Shown here: piece by piece, positions 23,062 through 32,204 of the stretch | Position numbering within the stretch: the stretch's first letter is position 1 | Layout of the letters: every line of letters starts with the position of its first letter | From: Nitrospinales bacterium | GTDB lineage: Bacteria; Nitrospinota; Nitrospinia; Nitrospinales; VA-1 | Direction: 5' to 3' | Length of the DNA: 64,000 nt | NCBI GenBank assembly: GCA_965223795.1 | Contig: CBDCXL010000002.1 | Location: forward strand, 1,376,001 to 1,440,000 | Made by a program: the position numbers and the translations under genes | Notes under the pieces: generated by a model | What the model was told of the DNA's origin: nothing | Seen by the model: the letters and a program-made list of their open reading frames with translations, nothing else | The model's database searches: none

Positions 23062-25413
23062 TCATCCTGCGCCGCCGTTCGTGAAAGCGGGCCCCTCCCC
23101 GCGTGTGCGCGGACTCTCAGGCGGAAGGGTGAGGATGAAGCTGGACCCGGTACCGGGCCGGCTTGCGGCGGTGAGGTCACCGCCGTGGCGCTGGGCGATT
23201 TTACGGCAGATGGACAGCCCCAGCCCCGAACCTTCGTACTCGCTGCGGCCGTGCAGGCGTTCGAAGGGTTTGAAGATGCGGTCGAGGTGGCCGGGATCGA
23301 AGCCGATGCCGTTGTCCTCGACGCGGATTTCGTGGCTGCCGGACGGCAGCAGGCGGTGGCGGATGTGCACGACGGGAGGCACACCGGGCCGGTGAAATTT
23401 CAGCGCGTTGGCGATCAGGTTCTGAAACAGCTGGTGCATCTGCATGCGGTCCGCCCTGAGTTCGGGAAGCGGGCCCACGTCCACCCGGCCCCGGGTGCGC
23501 GCGATCAACGCCTCGAGCATGGCCAGCGCCCCGTCCGCCACTTCGTTCAAGCGGATTTTCTGCAGCGAAAGGGGGCCCCTTGTGGACACCTGCGAATACT
23601 TGAGCAGATCCTCGATGAGCCCCTGCATCCTGTGGACCGCTTTTTCCATGCGGTCGAGGTAGTCCTGGCCTTTTTCACCGAGCTCGCCCGCGCAATCCTT
23701 GCGCAGGCGGTGGGAAAAGGCGGCGACCTTGCGCAGCGGTTCTTTCAGATCGTGCGAGGCGACGGCGGCGAACTCCCGCAGTTCCCGGTTGCTGCGCCGC
23801 AGTTCGCCGGTGTCCGGAGTCATGCGCGCCGCGCGCACCGCGTCGAGTTCTTTGCGCAGGCGTTCGTTGATCTCTATTAGTTCACGGGTGCGCTCGCGGA
23901 CGCGCTGTTCCAGATCGTCCTCATCGAACCGGGGTGCTTCCCCGGCTGCGGTTTCCGGTTCCATTGCCGGGATGCGGGTTTCCTCGCCGCGGTAGCCGAG
24001 AAACGCTCCGGTTTCGCCCCAGACCGGCGCCGCACGGGTTTGCAGGTACACGCGCCTTCCGTCCCGGTGTACATAAGGAAACACCACGCCTTCGATGGTT
24101 TCCCGCTTGGCGAACACATTGAACGCCGTGGTCCTGGCTTCCTCGCGGCAGGCGGGATCGAAGAGATCGAAGAAACAGCGCTGCCCCACCAGATCGCCGG
24201 GGGCATGGCCCAGCAGCGCTTGTACCCCGGCGCTGCAATGGGTGAAGGTTCCGTGCGCGTCGATTTGCCAGAGCCAGACGGATTCTTGCGGCGCTGCGTG
24301 TGCTTCGCTCTTTGTGTTCAACCTCCCGGCGGGTTGCGGGTCTGCCGTTGTTTTCTCAGTGCGGGTTTCGGTCCGGGCGGCTTCTTCCTGCAGTTGCCGG
24401 TTCGCCGCTTCCAGGCCCTGGATCCGTTCTTCACGCTGACGGTGTTGCGTTTCCAGGGCTTCGCGTTCGCGCTTGAGCTGATCGAGGAACGCCGCGCTTT
24501 GCAGGATGTCCTGCTCCATCCGGAGCCACAGCGTTTCCATGTGCGAAAGCTTCGCTTCCCGGTCGCGCCGGGCCCGCTCGTTTTCGTGGACCGCGTCTTT
24601 GAGCCGGTTCAATTCCGCCTCGTGGCCGGCGCTTGAACGCGACAGGCGCTGCCGTTCGGCTTCGGACTGTTCCAGCTCATCGCCGGCGGTCAGCAGATCG
24701 CGCTCGGCCTGTTTGAGGTTTTTTTTCACCAGCCGCAACTGCTCTTCCTTATTCCACACCTCTTCCTTCAAGCTGTCGCGCTCCTGCCTGAGGCGGACTG
24801 CGTCGGCTTTTACGGCTTCCTGCTCGGCGCGCAGCCTTTTCGTTTCGTTCTGTGCTGAACGGAGGTTGGATTTCTCACGTTCCAGCTCGTCGCGAAGCGC
24901 GCGGGTTTCCGCCTCGGTACGCAGCACCGCCTGCTCTTTCACGAGCTGATCCGCCTTCACGCTTTCGAGCTTGAGCTGCTGCTCGCGCAGGCGTTCGGCA
25001 GCCTCCGCCTTTTCGCGTTCGAGTCTTTGCAGGTGTGCGTCCAGTGTGCTGAGGGCCTGTTCGTGCCGCTGGCGTCGCTGCTGTTCTTTGTTGTGGACCA
25101 GGCAGGCGATCGCGGTGACCCAGATTGCGAACACGGCGAGGCCGCGGTCGGCGGCTTCTCTTTGCCAGTCCGCCGCCTCCGGCGACAGGTAAAACCCCAA
25201 TGCGGTCAACAGCGTGCAGCCCACCGCGGCGGTGAGTATGTAGGCGCAGCCCGGCCAGCCGATGCCGAGCAGGACCACGAGTGCGTAGCCGACGCAAACG
25301 GCGATGCCCGGCTGCAGCCAGAGGTCGAGCCCGAACACATCGGCGGCGAGAAACACACCGCCGAACACCAGCAGCCAGTCGCCGCCGCGTTTTTTTTCGA
25401 CGCCTGCCGACAT
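23062..25413 (-). CDS. Membrane sensor histidine kinase with long coiled coil and PAS
   Basis: About 4 N-terminal TM helices, about 240 aa of E/R/Q-rich coiled coil, a PAS domain, ASHDLKEPLRK, NLIANALKF, DNGIG, GSGLGL. Confidence 0.9.
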   Translation of the reverse strand: MSAGVEKKRGGDWLLVFGGVFLAADVFGLDLWLQPGIAVCVGYALVVLLGIGWPGCAYILTAAVGCTLLTALGFYLSPEAADWQREAADRGLAVFAIWVTAIACLVHNKEQQRRQRHEQALSTLDAHLQRLEREKAEAAERLREQQLKLESVKADQLVKEQAVLRTEAETRALRDELEREKSNLRSAQNETKRLRAEQEAVKADAVRLRQERDSLKEEVWNKEEQLRLVKKNLKQAERDLLTAGDELEQSEAERQRLSRSSAGHEAELNRLKDAVHENERARRDREAKLSHMETLWLRMEQDILQSAAFLDQLKREREALETQHRQREERIQGLEAANRQLQEEAARTETRTEKTTADPQPAGRLNTKSEAHAAPQESVWLWQIDAHGTFTHCSAGVQALLGHAPGDLVGQRCFFDLFDPACREEARTTAFNVFAKRETIEGVVFPYVHRDGRRVYLQTRAAPVWGETGAFLGYRGEETRIPAMEPETAAGEAPRFDEDDLEQRVRERTRELIEINERLRKELDAVRAARMTPDTGELRRSNRELREFAAVASHDLKEPLRKVAAFSHRLRKDCAGELGEKGQDYLDRMEKAVHRMQGLIEDLLKYSQVSTRGPLSLQKIRLNEVADGALAMLEALIARTRGRVDVGPLPELRADRMQMHQLFQNLIANALKFHRPGVPPVVHIRHRLLPSGSHEIRVEDNGIGFDPGHLDRIFKPFERLHGRSEYEGSGLGLSICRKIAQRHGGDLTAASRPGTGSSFILTLPPESPRTRGEGPAFTNGGAG

Positions 25414-25554
25414 CGTCTCATTCCGAAGTGTCACGATGTCCTTAAGTTACAGACATGCCTACCTGTTTTCAACGTCATAATGTATACTTTTGGCTTCACC
25501 CCACACACAACGGAAGCTGTCATCTGCGTCACATTTTCGGGAGTTCGGAATGCC

Positions 25555-26718
25555 ATGAAAAATACCTGCCTCAACCCGCTCACAGTGCAGACCCGCAGAA
25601 AATGGATCGGCCGGGTCTTCCTGATTGTTTTCCTGTCGGCCGCCGCGAACGCGAATTGTTCGGGGCTGAACAAGACGAACATCGACGAACTCAATCTGTC
25701 GATTCCTCCGGATATCGCTCTGTCGCTGTTTGCCGAGAACCTCCCCGCGGCGCGGCACATGGCGTTCGACGACCAGGGGATTCTGTTTCTCAGCCAGCAC
25801 CGCGCCGGCCGCGTGACGGCGCTGCCCGATACCGACAAGGACGGCCGCGCCGACAAGGCGGTGACGATCCTGGAAAACCGCGAGACGCCGCACGGCCTGG
25901 CGTTCGTGAAGCTCGACTCGGGCTATTACCTGTACGTGGCCGAGGAGACCCAGGTGGTGCGGCTGAAGCGCACGGCGAAACCCTACCAATACGGCGAACC
26001 GGAGGTGATCGTTTCCGGCATTCCCGGCGGCGGCCACTCCACCCGCACGATCAAGATCAAGGACGGCAAGCTCTACCTTTCGGTGGGCTCGTCCTGCAAT
26101 GTCTGCCTGGAGAAGCACCGCTACCGATCGGCCATCATCCGCTTCGACCTGGACGGGTCGAACGAGCTGGTGTTCGCGGAAGGGCTGCGCAATTCGGTGG
26201 GCATCGAGTTCTCTCCCTACAGCGGCGAGCTGTGGGGTGTGAACAACGGCCGCGACCGGCTGGGCGACGACACGCCGCGCGAGGAACTCAACATCATCCT
26301 GGAAGGCAAGCACTACGGCTGGCCGTATTGCTACGAGGACAGGGTGTTCGACACGGATTTCAACAAGCCGTTCGACTGCTCGAAAACCGTTCCGCCCGCG
26401 CACACGTTCACGGCGCACATGGCGCCGCTGGGACTGGCTTTCTACCAGAAGGGAACGCTGCCGGACAAGTACAACAACAGCGTGTTCGTTTCCTTTCACG
26501 GTTCCTGGAACCGCTCGGTGCCCGCGGGTTACAAGGTGATGCGCCTGCTGCTCAATGATAAGGGCGAGATCCAGTCGGACGAGGACTTCATCACCGGCTG
26601 GCTGAAAGAGGCCGGCAGAAAGGTGGGCCGCCCGGTGGATATGGAACAGTCTCCGGAAGGCGACCTCTATCTTTCCGACGACATGCTGGGCGTGGTCTAC
26701 CGCATTACCGGCAAGTGA
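25555..26718 (+). CDS. PQQ-dependent sugar / L-sorbosone dehydrogenase-family beta-propeller, exported
   Basis: PHGLAF, LSVGSSCNVC, GLRNSVG, NGRDRLGD, HYGWPYC, HMAPLGL, HGSWNR. Confidence 0.85.
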   Translation: MKNTCLNPLTVQTRRKWIGRVFLIVFLSAAANANCSGLNKTNIDELNLSIPPDIALSLFAENLPAARHMAFDDQGILFLSQHRAGRVTALPDTDKDGRADKAVTILENRETPHGLAFVKLDSGYYLYVAEETQVVRLKRTAKPYQYGEPEVIVSGIPGGGHSTRTIKIKDGKLYLSVGSSCNVCLEKHRYRSAIIRFDLDGSNELVFAEGLRNSVGIEFSPYSGELWGVNNGRDRLGDDTPREELNIILEGKHYGWPYCYEDRVFDTDFNKPFDCSKTVPPAHTFTAHMAPLGLAFYQKGTLPDKYNNSVFVSFHGSWNRSVPAGYKVMRLLLNDKGEIQSDEDFITGWLKEAGRKVGRPVDMEQSPEGDLYLSDDMLGVVYRITGK

Positions 26719-26719
26719 G

Positions 26720-27604
26720 TCAGGTGAGTTTTTTTTCCGGCCTGGGTTTTTCGCGGAACAGGGGACGGCGGTCCTTGGCGCAGCGAAATCCGACGTCCTT
26801 TTTCCGGGCCAGGGGAAACAGCTTTTCGCGGAAGCCGGCGCGCGCTTTGAGGGCGAGGACCCTTTTGTAATCCTTGCCTCTGAAATGCCCGACGCTGAGG
26901 TAGGACAGGCCGCGCACCACGATGAATTTTTTTTCGTAATCCTCGGACTGGTGGGCGCTGCCTTCATAGGGGCGGTAGTAATCCCACACCCATTCCCAGA
27001 CGTTCCCGATCATGTCGTGCACGCCGTAGTGGCTTTGTCCCTGGGGGAAGCTGCCCACCGGCTTGAGGCCGTGGCCGGTTTTCTTTTTCGCGGACGGGCT
27101 GAGGTTCGCCGCATCGGCGCGGAATTCGTTGCCCCAGGGATAGCGGTTGCCGAGCGGACCGCGGGCGGCTTTTTCCCATTCCGCTTCGGTGGGCAGCCGT
27201 TTTCCCGCCCATTCGGCGTAATGGCTAGCGTCGAAATAACTCACATAGGAGACCGGCAGGTCGCCCTGCCCTTCGGGATATTTCGGGCTGCCCCAGATCG
27301 CCGGGGTGCGGTGGCTGGTGGCCTGGCAGAAGATGTAATACTGGTGGTTGGTCACTTCATACCGGTCGATGAAAAACCCCCGCACCGGCACCCGGCTTTC
27401 GGGGGTTTCGTCGGCGAACCAGGGTTTGGTGAGGCCGACGCTTAAGGCGTGCTGTTTCTTGTCCACCAGATCGGTGCCCATGGTGAACTCGCCGCCGGGG
27501 ATGAGCACCATGCCTTCGGGCACGGGCTCGTACAGGCAGCCGCCGCACAGCAAAAGCGCCGCGATCCCAATCCATTTTGATAATTTTTGAATGCGAAAAA
27601 CCAT
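26720..27604 (-). CDS. FGE-sulfatase (SUMF1/EgtB/PvdO)-domain lipoprotein
   Basis: Lipobox-like LLCGGC, IPGGEFTMG, YEVTN, RLPTEAEWEKAARG, DMIGNVWEW, GFRC. Confidence 0.88.
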   Translation of the reverse strand: MVFRIQKLSKWIGIAALLLCGGCLYEPVPEGMVLIPGGEFTMGTDLVDKKQHALSVGLTKPWFADETPESRVPVRGFFIDRYEVTNHQYYIFCQATSHRTPAIWGSPKYPEGQGDLPVSYVSYFDASHYAEWAGKRLPTEAEWEKAARGPLGNRYPWGNEFRADAANLSPSAKKKTGHGLKPVGSFPQGQSHYGVHDMIGNVWEWVWDYYRPYEGSAHQSEDYEKKFIVVRGLSYLSVGHFRGKDYKRVLALKARAGFREKLFPLARKKDVGFRCAKDRRPLFREKPRPEKKLT

Positions 27605-28592
27605 GATGGAACCTTTTTCGACTCAATGCATCGACGTGCCGCTCGCGTCGCTCGACCGCGAAGACACGCTCACCGATTTCGCCCTCTCCCCGGTTGCCGC
27701 TGCGCTTGAGGACTCGATCCGCACAAGCGGGATCGTGCATCCGGTGCTGCTCGCCGCTCAGGACGGCGGCCGCCGCATCGTCTGCGGCCACCGTCGCATC
27801 CGCTGCGCCCGGGCTCTCGATCTTGAGACGCTGCCCGCCCGGGTGATCGAGCGCGCGCTCGATGACCGGGAACGGCTGCGGCTCAACCTGTCGGAAAACC
27901 GCGCCCATCGCGTCTACAGCGATGTGGAAAAGGGCGGCATCATCGCGAAACTCACCGGCGCGGGCGTCGCGCCGGATGCGGTCATCTCGGAGTATATGCC
28001 CTGGATCGACCTGCCGCGAAATAAAAAATCATTCGGGCAACTGATTCGGATGCAGGAACTCGCACCCAGGCTGCGCCTGCTGCTGCACGAACTCAACGTG
28101 CCGCTGCGGGTGTTCGCCCCGCTTCTGCTGTGGGACGCGGCCGACCGGGACGCGGCGTTCACGGTGTTTTCCACGCTCCGGCCGGGGGCGAGCAAGTGGC
28201 GCGATCTGCTGGAACGGGTGGATGAGATCGCGGTGAAAACGGACCGGCCGCCCCATGCGGTGCTGAACGATGCGGCGGTGCGGACGGTGCTGGAGCAGGA
28301 CGGCATCACCGCGCACGAAAAATACGCGCGCATCGCGCAGACGCTTTCCGAGCAGCGCTACCCGCATTGGAGCGGGCTGCGGCTCAAGCTGGCGCAGGCG
28401 ATGGATCGGCTCCAACTGGAACCGGAAACGAAACTCAGCGTGCAGGACTCGTTCGAGTCGGACGCCATGCGCATCGAGATCCGGTTCTCCAACGCCGAAT
28501 CGCTTGAGCGTCAGGCGGCGGCGCTCACGCGGGCGTCGCGGTCGGAGGCGATGGCGGCGCTGATCGGGATCTTCAAGAACCTGGACGGTTGA
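27603..28592 (+). CDS. ParB/Srx N-terminal-domain protein, not paired with parA
   Basis: LEDSIRTSGIVHPV, IVCGHRR, ENRAHR...VEK. Confidence 0.75.
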   Translation: MMEPFSTQCIDVPLASLDREDTLTDFALSPVAAALEDSIRTSGIVHPVLLAAQDGGRRIVCGHRRIRCARALDLETLPARVIERALDDRERLRLNLSENRAHRVYSDVEKGGIIAKLTGAGVAPDAVISEYMPWIDLPRNKKSFGQLIRMQELAPRLRLLLHELNVPLRVFAPLLLWDAADRDAAFTVFSTLRPGASKWRDLLERVDEIAVKTDRPPHAVLNDAAVRTVLEQDGITAHEKYARIAQTLSEQRYPHWSGLRLKLAQAMDRLQLEPETKLSVQDSFESDAMRIEIRFSNAESLERQAAALTRASRSEAMAALIGIFKNLDG

Positions 28593-28633
28593 AAGAGACA
28601 ATACGAGACTGGATAAATACAAAAGCGACCTCG

Positions 28634-28657
28634 CGCCAAGACGCGAAGACGCAAAGA
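28634..28657 (+). repeat. 8-bp degenerate tandem repeat
   Basis: CGCCAAGA CGCGAAGA CGCAAAGA in the intergenic space between two convergent genes. Confidence 0.6.
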
Positions 28658-28698
28658 AAGAAAAGGCAGACAAGATGACAGGATAAAAAAGCGGCTAC

Positions 28699-29013
28699 TT
28701 ACTCGTTTGTTTTATGACTTGGCTGTCTCTTACAGACAACAAGAGGGATGTACAAGGTTCTTATCAACCAAAATATTGGCAGGATTAAAACAGCAATGAT
28801 TCCAAACTCCCAGGACTTGGTGAGTATCGCCCAAATTCCGAGAAATGACGCAAGGTTGATTAAGACTAAATTTAGCAGGAAGTCCCAACCGTTGTGGTAT
28901 CTCAACTTCATGTTACAGCGTGGGCAGAAAAGTGGATTGAGCCAGCCTGCTTTGGATTTTTTGTCGAAACGAATGCTTTTTTCCCCACAATGAGGGCAAT
29001 TAAAATATCTCAT
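28699..29013 (-). CDS. Small membrane protein with N-terminal Zn-ribbon, AT-rich
   Basis: CPHC...CPRC followed by two hydrophobic helices. Base composition differs from neighbours. Confidence 0.7.
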   Translation of the reverse strand: MRYFNCPHCGEKSIRFDKKSKAGWLNPLFCPRCNMKLRYHNGWDFLLNLVLINLASFLGIWAILTKSWEFGIIAVLILPIFWLIRTLYIPLVVCKRQPSHKTNE

Positions 29014-29020
29014 TCATTTT

Positions 29021-30244
29021 CTACTTCCTGGGGATCTTGATCTTGGCGTAATCCTCGGGCGTGCGGCCGTGGCGTTTGTACATCGGCTGCAGGGCGCGGA
29101 TGGTCTGGGCGAACCAGTCGTCCTGGCCTTTTTCGACGAAGAACTGCTTGGCGATGGTGAGGTGCTGGATGGCGTAACCGCCTTCGTTGTTCTGGTCGAG
29201 CGCCAGACCGAGCCAGTAGTGGGCCATGGCGTGTTCGGGGTTCATGTCCACGGCCTCCTGCAGCGCCTCGATCTCGGTCTCGAGGTTCTTGGCTTCGCGG
29301 TGTTGTTTGGCGGCCTGGTACTGGGCCTCGGCGAGGTGGTCGCGCACCTTTTCGTTGTTGGGGGTGATCTTGACCGCTTTCTGCAACGGCGGGACGGCCT
29401 CGACGAAGCGCTTGAGCTTCATCAGGGAAACGCCGAGCTTGAAGTTGGCCTCGCGCGCCATGCCGGGGCTGGCCTTGAGCGCGGCGCCGAGAAACTTCGC
29501 CGCCTCTTCGTGCTTGCCGAGCCGCGCGTACAGCATGCCGAGGTTGAGGTTGGGCAGGGCCGACTTCGGGTTGACGCGGATGGCGTCCATGTAGTGCTTG
29601 ATGGCCTTGCCGGTTTCGCCGAGCTTGGTGTACACGATGCCGAAATTGAAATTGGCGTCCACGACGAGGTTCTTGTCGAGCCGCAGGGCTTCCTTGAATT
29701 TTTCCAGCGCCTCGTCGTAGCGCCCGAGCTCGGTGTAGCAGATGCCCAGCGACAGGTGCGCCGGTCCGTAATCGGGCAGGATCTTCACCGCCTCCTGAAA
29801 ATGGTGCATGGACTCTTTCTGCTGTTTGCGTTTGCCGTACAGGATGGACAGGTTGGTGTGCGCCTGCGCCAGACGTTTCTTGACGGCGGGACTTTTCGGG
29901 TCGAGTTCCAGCGCCTGCTGCAGAAATTCCAGCGCTTCGTCGTCCCGACCCAGCTCCACCAGCGCCTTGCCGAGCTGGTAGTGGGCGCTCTTGTGTTTGG
30001 CGTTGATGCGCACCGCTTCTTTCAGCGGCGACACGGCGTCGGCGAACCGGTTGAGCTCGATGTACACTTCTCCCAGATTGTACTGGCCCATGCCGTCCTG
30101 GGGATTGGCGCGCACGGCTTCCTTGTATTTTTCCAGCAGGGCCTTGAGTTCTTCGGGCGGGCGTTTCGGACGTTGTTTTGAGGCGGTTTTAGCGGCTTTT
30201 TTGGGAAACAGCCCGTTGATGAGATTTTTGAGCGCTGTCAGCAA
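29021..30244 (-). CDS. Tetratricopeptide-repeat protein
   Basis: Many 34-aa TPR units (YNLG, YQLG, LSLG, FNFG, LNLG, FKLG, YWLG). Confidence 0.9.
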   Translation of the reverse strand: MLTALKNLINGLFPKKAAKTASKQRPKRPPEELKALLEKYKEAVRANPQDGMGQYNLGEVYIELNRFADAVSPLKEAVRINAKHKSAHYQLGKALVELGRDDEALEFLQQALELDPKSPAVKKRLAQAHTNLSILYGKRKQQKESMHHFQEAVKILPDYGPAHLSLGICYTELGRYDEALEKFKEALRLDKNLVVDANFNFGIVYTKLGETGKAIKHYMDAIRVNPKSALPNLNLGMLYARLGKHEEAAKFLGAALKASPGMAREANFKLGVSLMKLKRFVEAVPPLQKAVKITPNNEKVRDHLAEAQYQAAKQHREAKNLETEIEALQEAVDMNPEHAMAHYWLGLALDQNNEGGYAIQHLTIAKQFFVEKGQDDWFAQTIRALQPMYKRHGRTPEDYAKIKIPRK

Positions 30245-30526
30245 TCCCTTTCCTCCGCTTCTTTAGGGTCTTTTCCCGTCCCACGATCTGTGCGACACTG
30301 AAATCAGGCGGGCGCGTGCAAACGGCTGGCACCTTTTTAGCGGGTTGACCGGTTAAAATCAACCCCGCCTGAGACGTGCCGCAAAAATTTTTAACGCCGC
30401 GGTCCCCTTGCGTTCCCGGCAACGCATATAAAAAAACCGGCATTGCCCATCTTCCGCCTGCGGCCCGCCTTCCCGGACCGCCCGAATTTCCACGAACCGA
30501 CTGCAATGCAAGAAAGGAGCGACACC

Positions 30527-32179
30527 GTGGTTTCCACCGCAACGGTCAAAGACAAGGCGCTGCTTCCGGAATCGATCCAGCGCCTGATCGCGTCGATCGA
30601 ATCGGAACAGGACATGACGCCCTACCGCGCGCGCGAACTGCTGCTGGAGGCGCAGTTGAAAATGGAGGATCTGGAGGCCTGGGCGGATTACGATCACCCG
30701 GCGGCGGACAGCTACGGCCGCAGGCTGGTCTACGACGGCGGCTATTTCGAGATGATGGTGATGTCGTGGCTGCCGGGAGACTGCTCGGGCATCCACGACC
30801 ACGGCCACACGCAATGGGGCGCGGTGCAGGTGTTCGGCCCCGCTGAGCACGCGGTGTTCTTGATGCAGGACGGCGCCATCAGCACACTGTCGCGCAACAA
30901 GGTGAAGGCGGGGCAGGTGCTGGCGGTCGGGCACCAGCTGGTGCACCAGATGCAGAACCCGACCAACATCAAATTCCTCACCTTTCACCTTTACGGCACA
31001 CCCGAACCGGCGCGGCCGATCACCGGGGGCGCGCGCGTCTTCGTGATCGAGAGCAACGAGATCCAGCGCACGGACGGCGGCGTGTTCTACGCGCTGCCGG
31101 AGGAACAGATCACCGCGAAGGAGCCGGGCCCGCGCCCGGACTACATGACCTGGCTGCGCGACCTGGTGGAGCTGTTGAAGCGGCTGCACCGCACGCAGAG
31201 CGCCGGGCCGCTGCCGGGCAACTGGGAGACGCGGCAGAAGGAACTGCAGCAGAAACTGTTCGACGTGAAAAACTGGGACTGGTTCGTGCGCGACCTGATG
31301 TACAACGTGGACGAGGAAACCGGTTTCGTGCTCGACGCGGCGGTGTACAACCTGTTGCGCAAGGAACTGACCGAAGCGGCGGAGGTGCAGAAGCACATCC
31401 TGTTTCTGCACCAGGAGACGGAGGACCCGTTTTTCACCTACGCGGAACTGTACGACGACGTGGTGGGGCTGCCCTGCCTGTATGAATTCATCGCGCCCTA
31501 TCTCAAGTTCGTGATCGGCAAGTACAATCTCGACCTCGAAAACGACCGCCTGCTGTCCATCGGCTGCGGCACCGGGGTGGTGGAGGATTATCTCATCCGC
31601 GAATGCGGCATGAAGAAGGATAACCTGCTCGGCATCGACAAGTCCGAAGCGATGATCCAGGTGGCCTCGCGGCGCATCCAGGCCGAGGTCAAGGACCTGC
31701 TCGCATTGTCCGGCCAGTCGTGGGACCTTTCTTTCAGCGGCCTCAACGTGTTTCAGTACCTGGCCCCGGAGCAGCTGGAACAGGCTATCGAGGTGACGGC
31801 GCAGATCACCCGGCCGGGCGGCTACTTCTTCGGCGACTTCATCACGCCCGACCACATCCGCATCTACCCGCACGTGATCCGCTCGCAGAGCGATTCGGTC
31901 ATATCGCTGCGGCAGCCGTTGCTCATCGAGCGCGGCAACAGCACCTACCAGCAAAGCGAGATCATCAACGTCAACCGGCAGTCGGGCAAACTGCTCGTCA
32001 CGCACGAAGGCAAGCACGTGCGGTTCCTGCCCTCGCTGTGGCGGCTGCGCAAACTGTTCGAGCGCACGTTCGAAGGCCCGGTGGACGTGTACGACGCGGT
32101 GACGCTCAAACCCATCGAGCGCAAGGCGGACACCTGCCCCTCGACGCGCATCCTCATCGTCGCCCAGCGCAAAGGCTGA
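30527..32179 (+). CDS. Cysteine-dioxygenase-type cupin fused to class I SAM-dependent methyltransferase
   Basis: AAAGGAG RBS then GTG at 30527. N-domain: YGRRLV, IHDHG, VHQMQN, TFHLY. C-domain: LSIGCGTG, GIDKSEAM, RPGGYF. Confidence 0.85.
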   Translation: MVSTATVKDKALLPESIQRLIASIESEQDMTPYRARELLLEAQLKMEDLEAWADYDHPAADSYGRRLVYDGGYFEMMVMSWLPGDCSGIHDHGHTQWGAVQVFGPAEHAVFLMQDGAISTLSRNKVKAGQVLAVGHQLVHQMQNPTNIKFLTFHLYGTPEPARPITGGARVFVIESNEIQRTDGGVFYALPEEQITAKEPGPRPDYMTWLRDLVELLKRLHRTQSAGPLPGNWETRQKELQQKLFDVKNWDWFVRDLMYNVDEETGFVLDAAVYNLLRKELTEAAEVQKHILFLHQETEDPFFTYAELYDDVVGLPCLYEFIAPYLKFVIGKYNLDLENDRLLSIGCGTGVVEDYLIRECGMKKDNLLGIDKSEAMIQVASRRIQAEVKDLLALSGQSWDLSFSGLNVFQYLAPEQLEQAIEVTAQITRPGGYFFGDFITPDHIRIYPHVIRSQSDSVISLRQPLLIERGNSTYQQSEIINVNRQSGKLLVTHEGKHVRFLPSLWRLRKLFERTFEGPVDVYDAVTLKPIERKADTCPSTRILIVAQRKG

Positions 32180-32204
32180 GCACACCGATCATCAGAACAG
32201 CGAT

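Noticed and set aside
19577..23395. 1272-aa plus-strand ORF
   Set aside because: Antisense shadow of metH caused by GC-rich codon bias. It has no recognisable motifs.
25027..25554. Long N-terminal extension on the sorbosone-DH ORF
   Set aside because: It overlaps the opposite-strand kinase. The signal-peptide-bearing start at 25555 is more plausible.
25555..32179. Possible ergothioneine/ovothiol cluster (FGE domain + CDO + methyltransferase)
   Set aside because: The FGE protein is a lipoprotein with no DinB-like HxxxHxE domain, and the genes are on different strands separated by unrelated ORFs.
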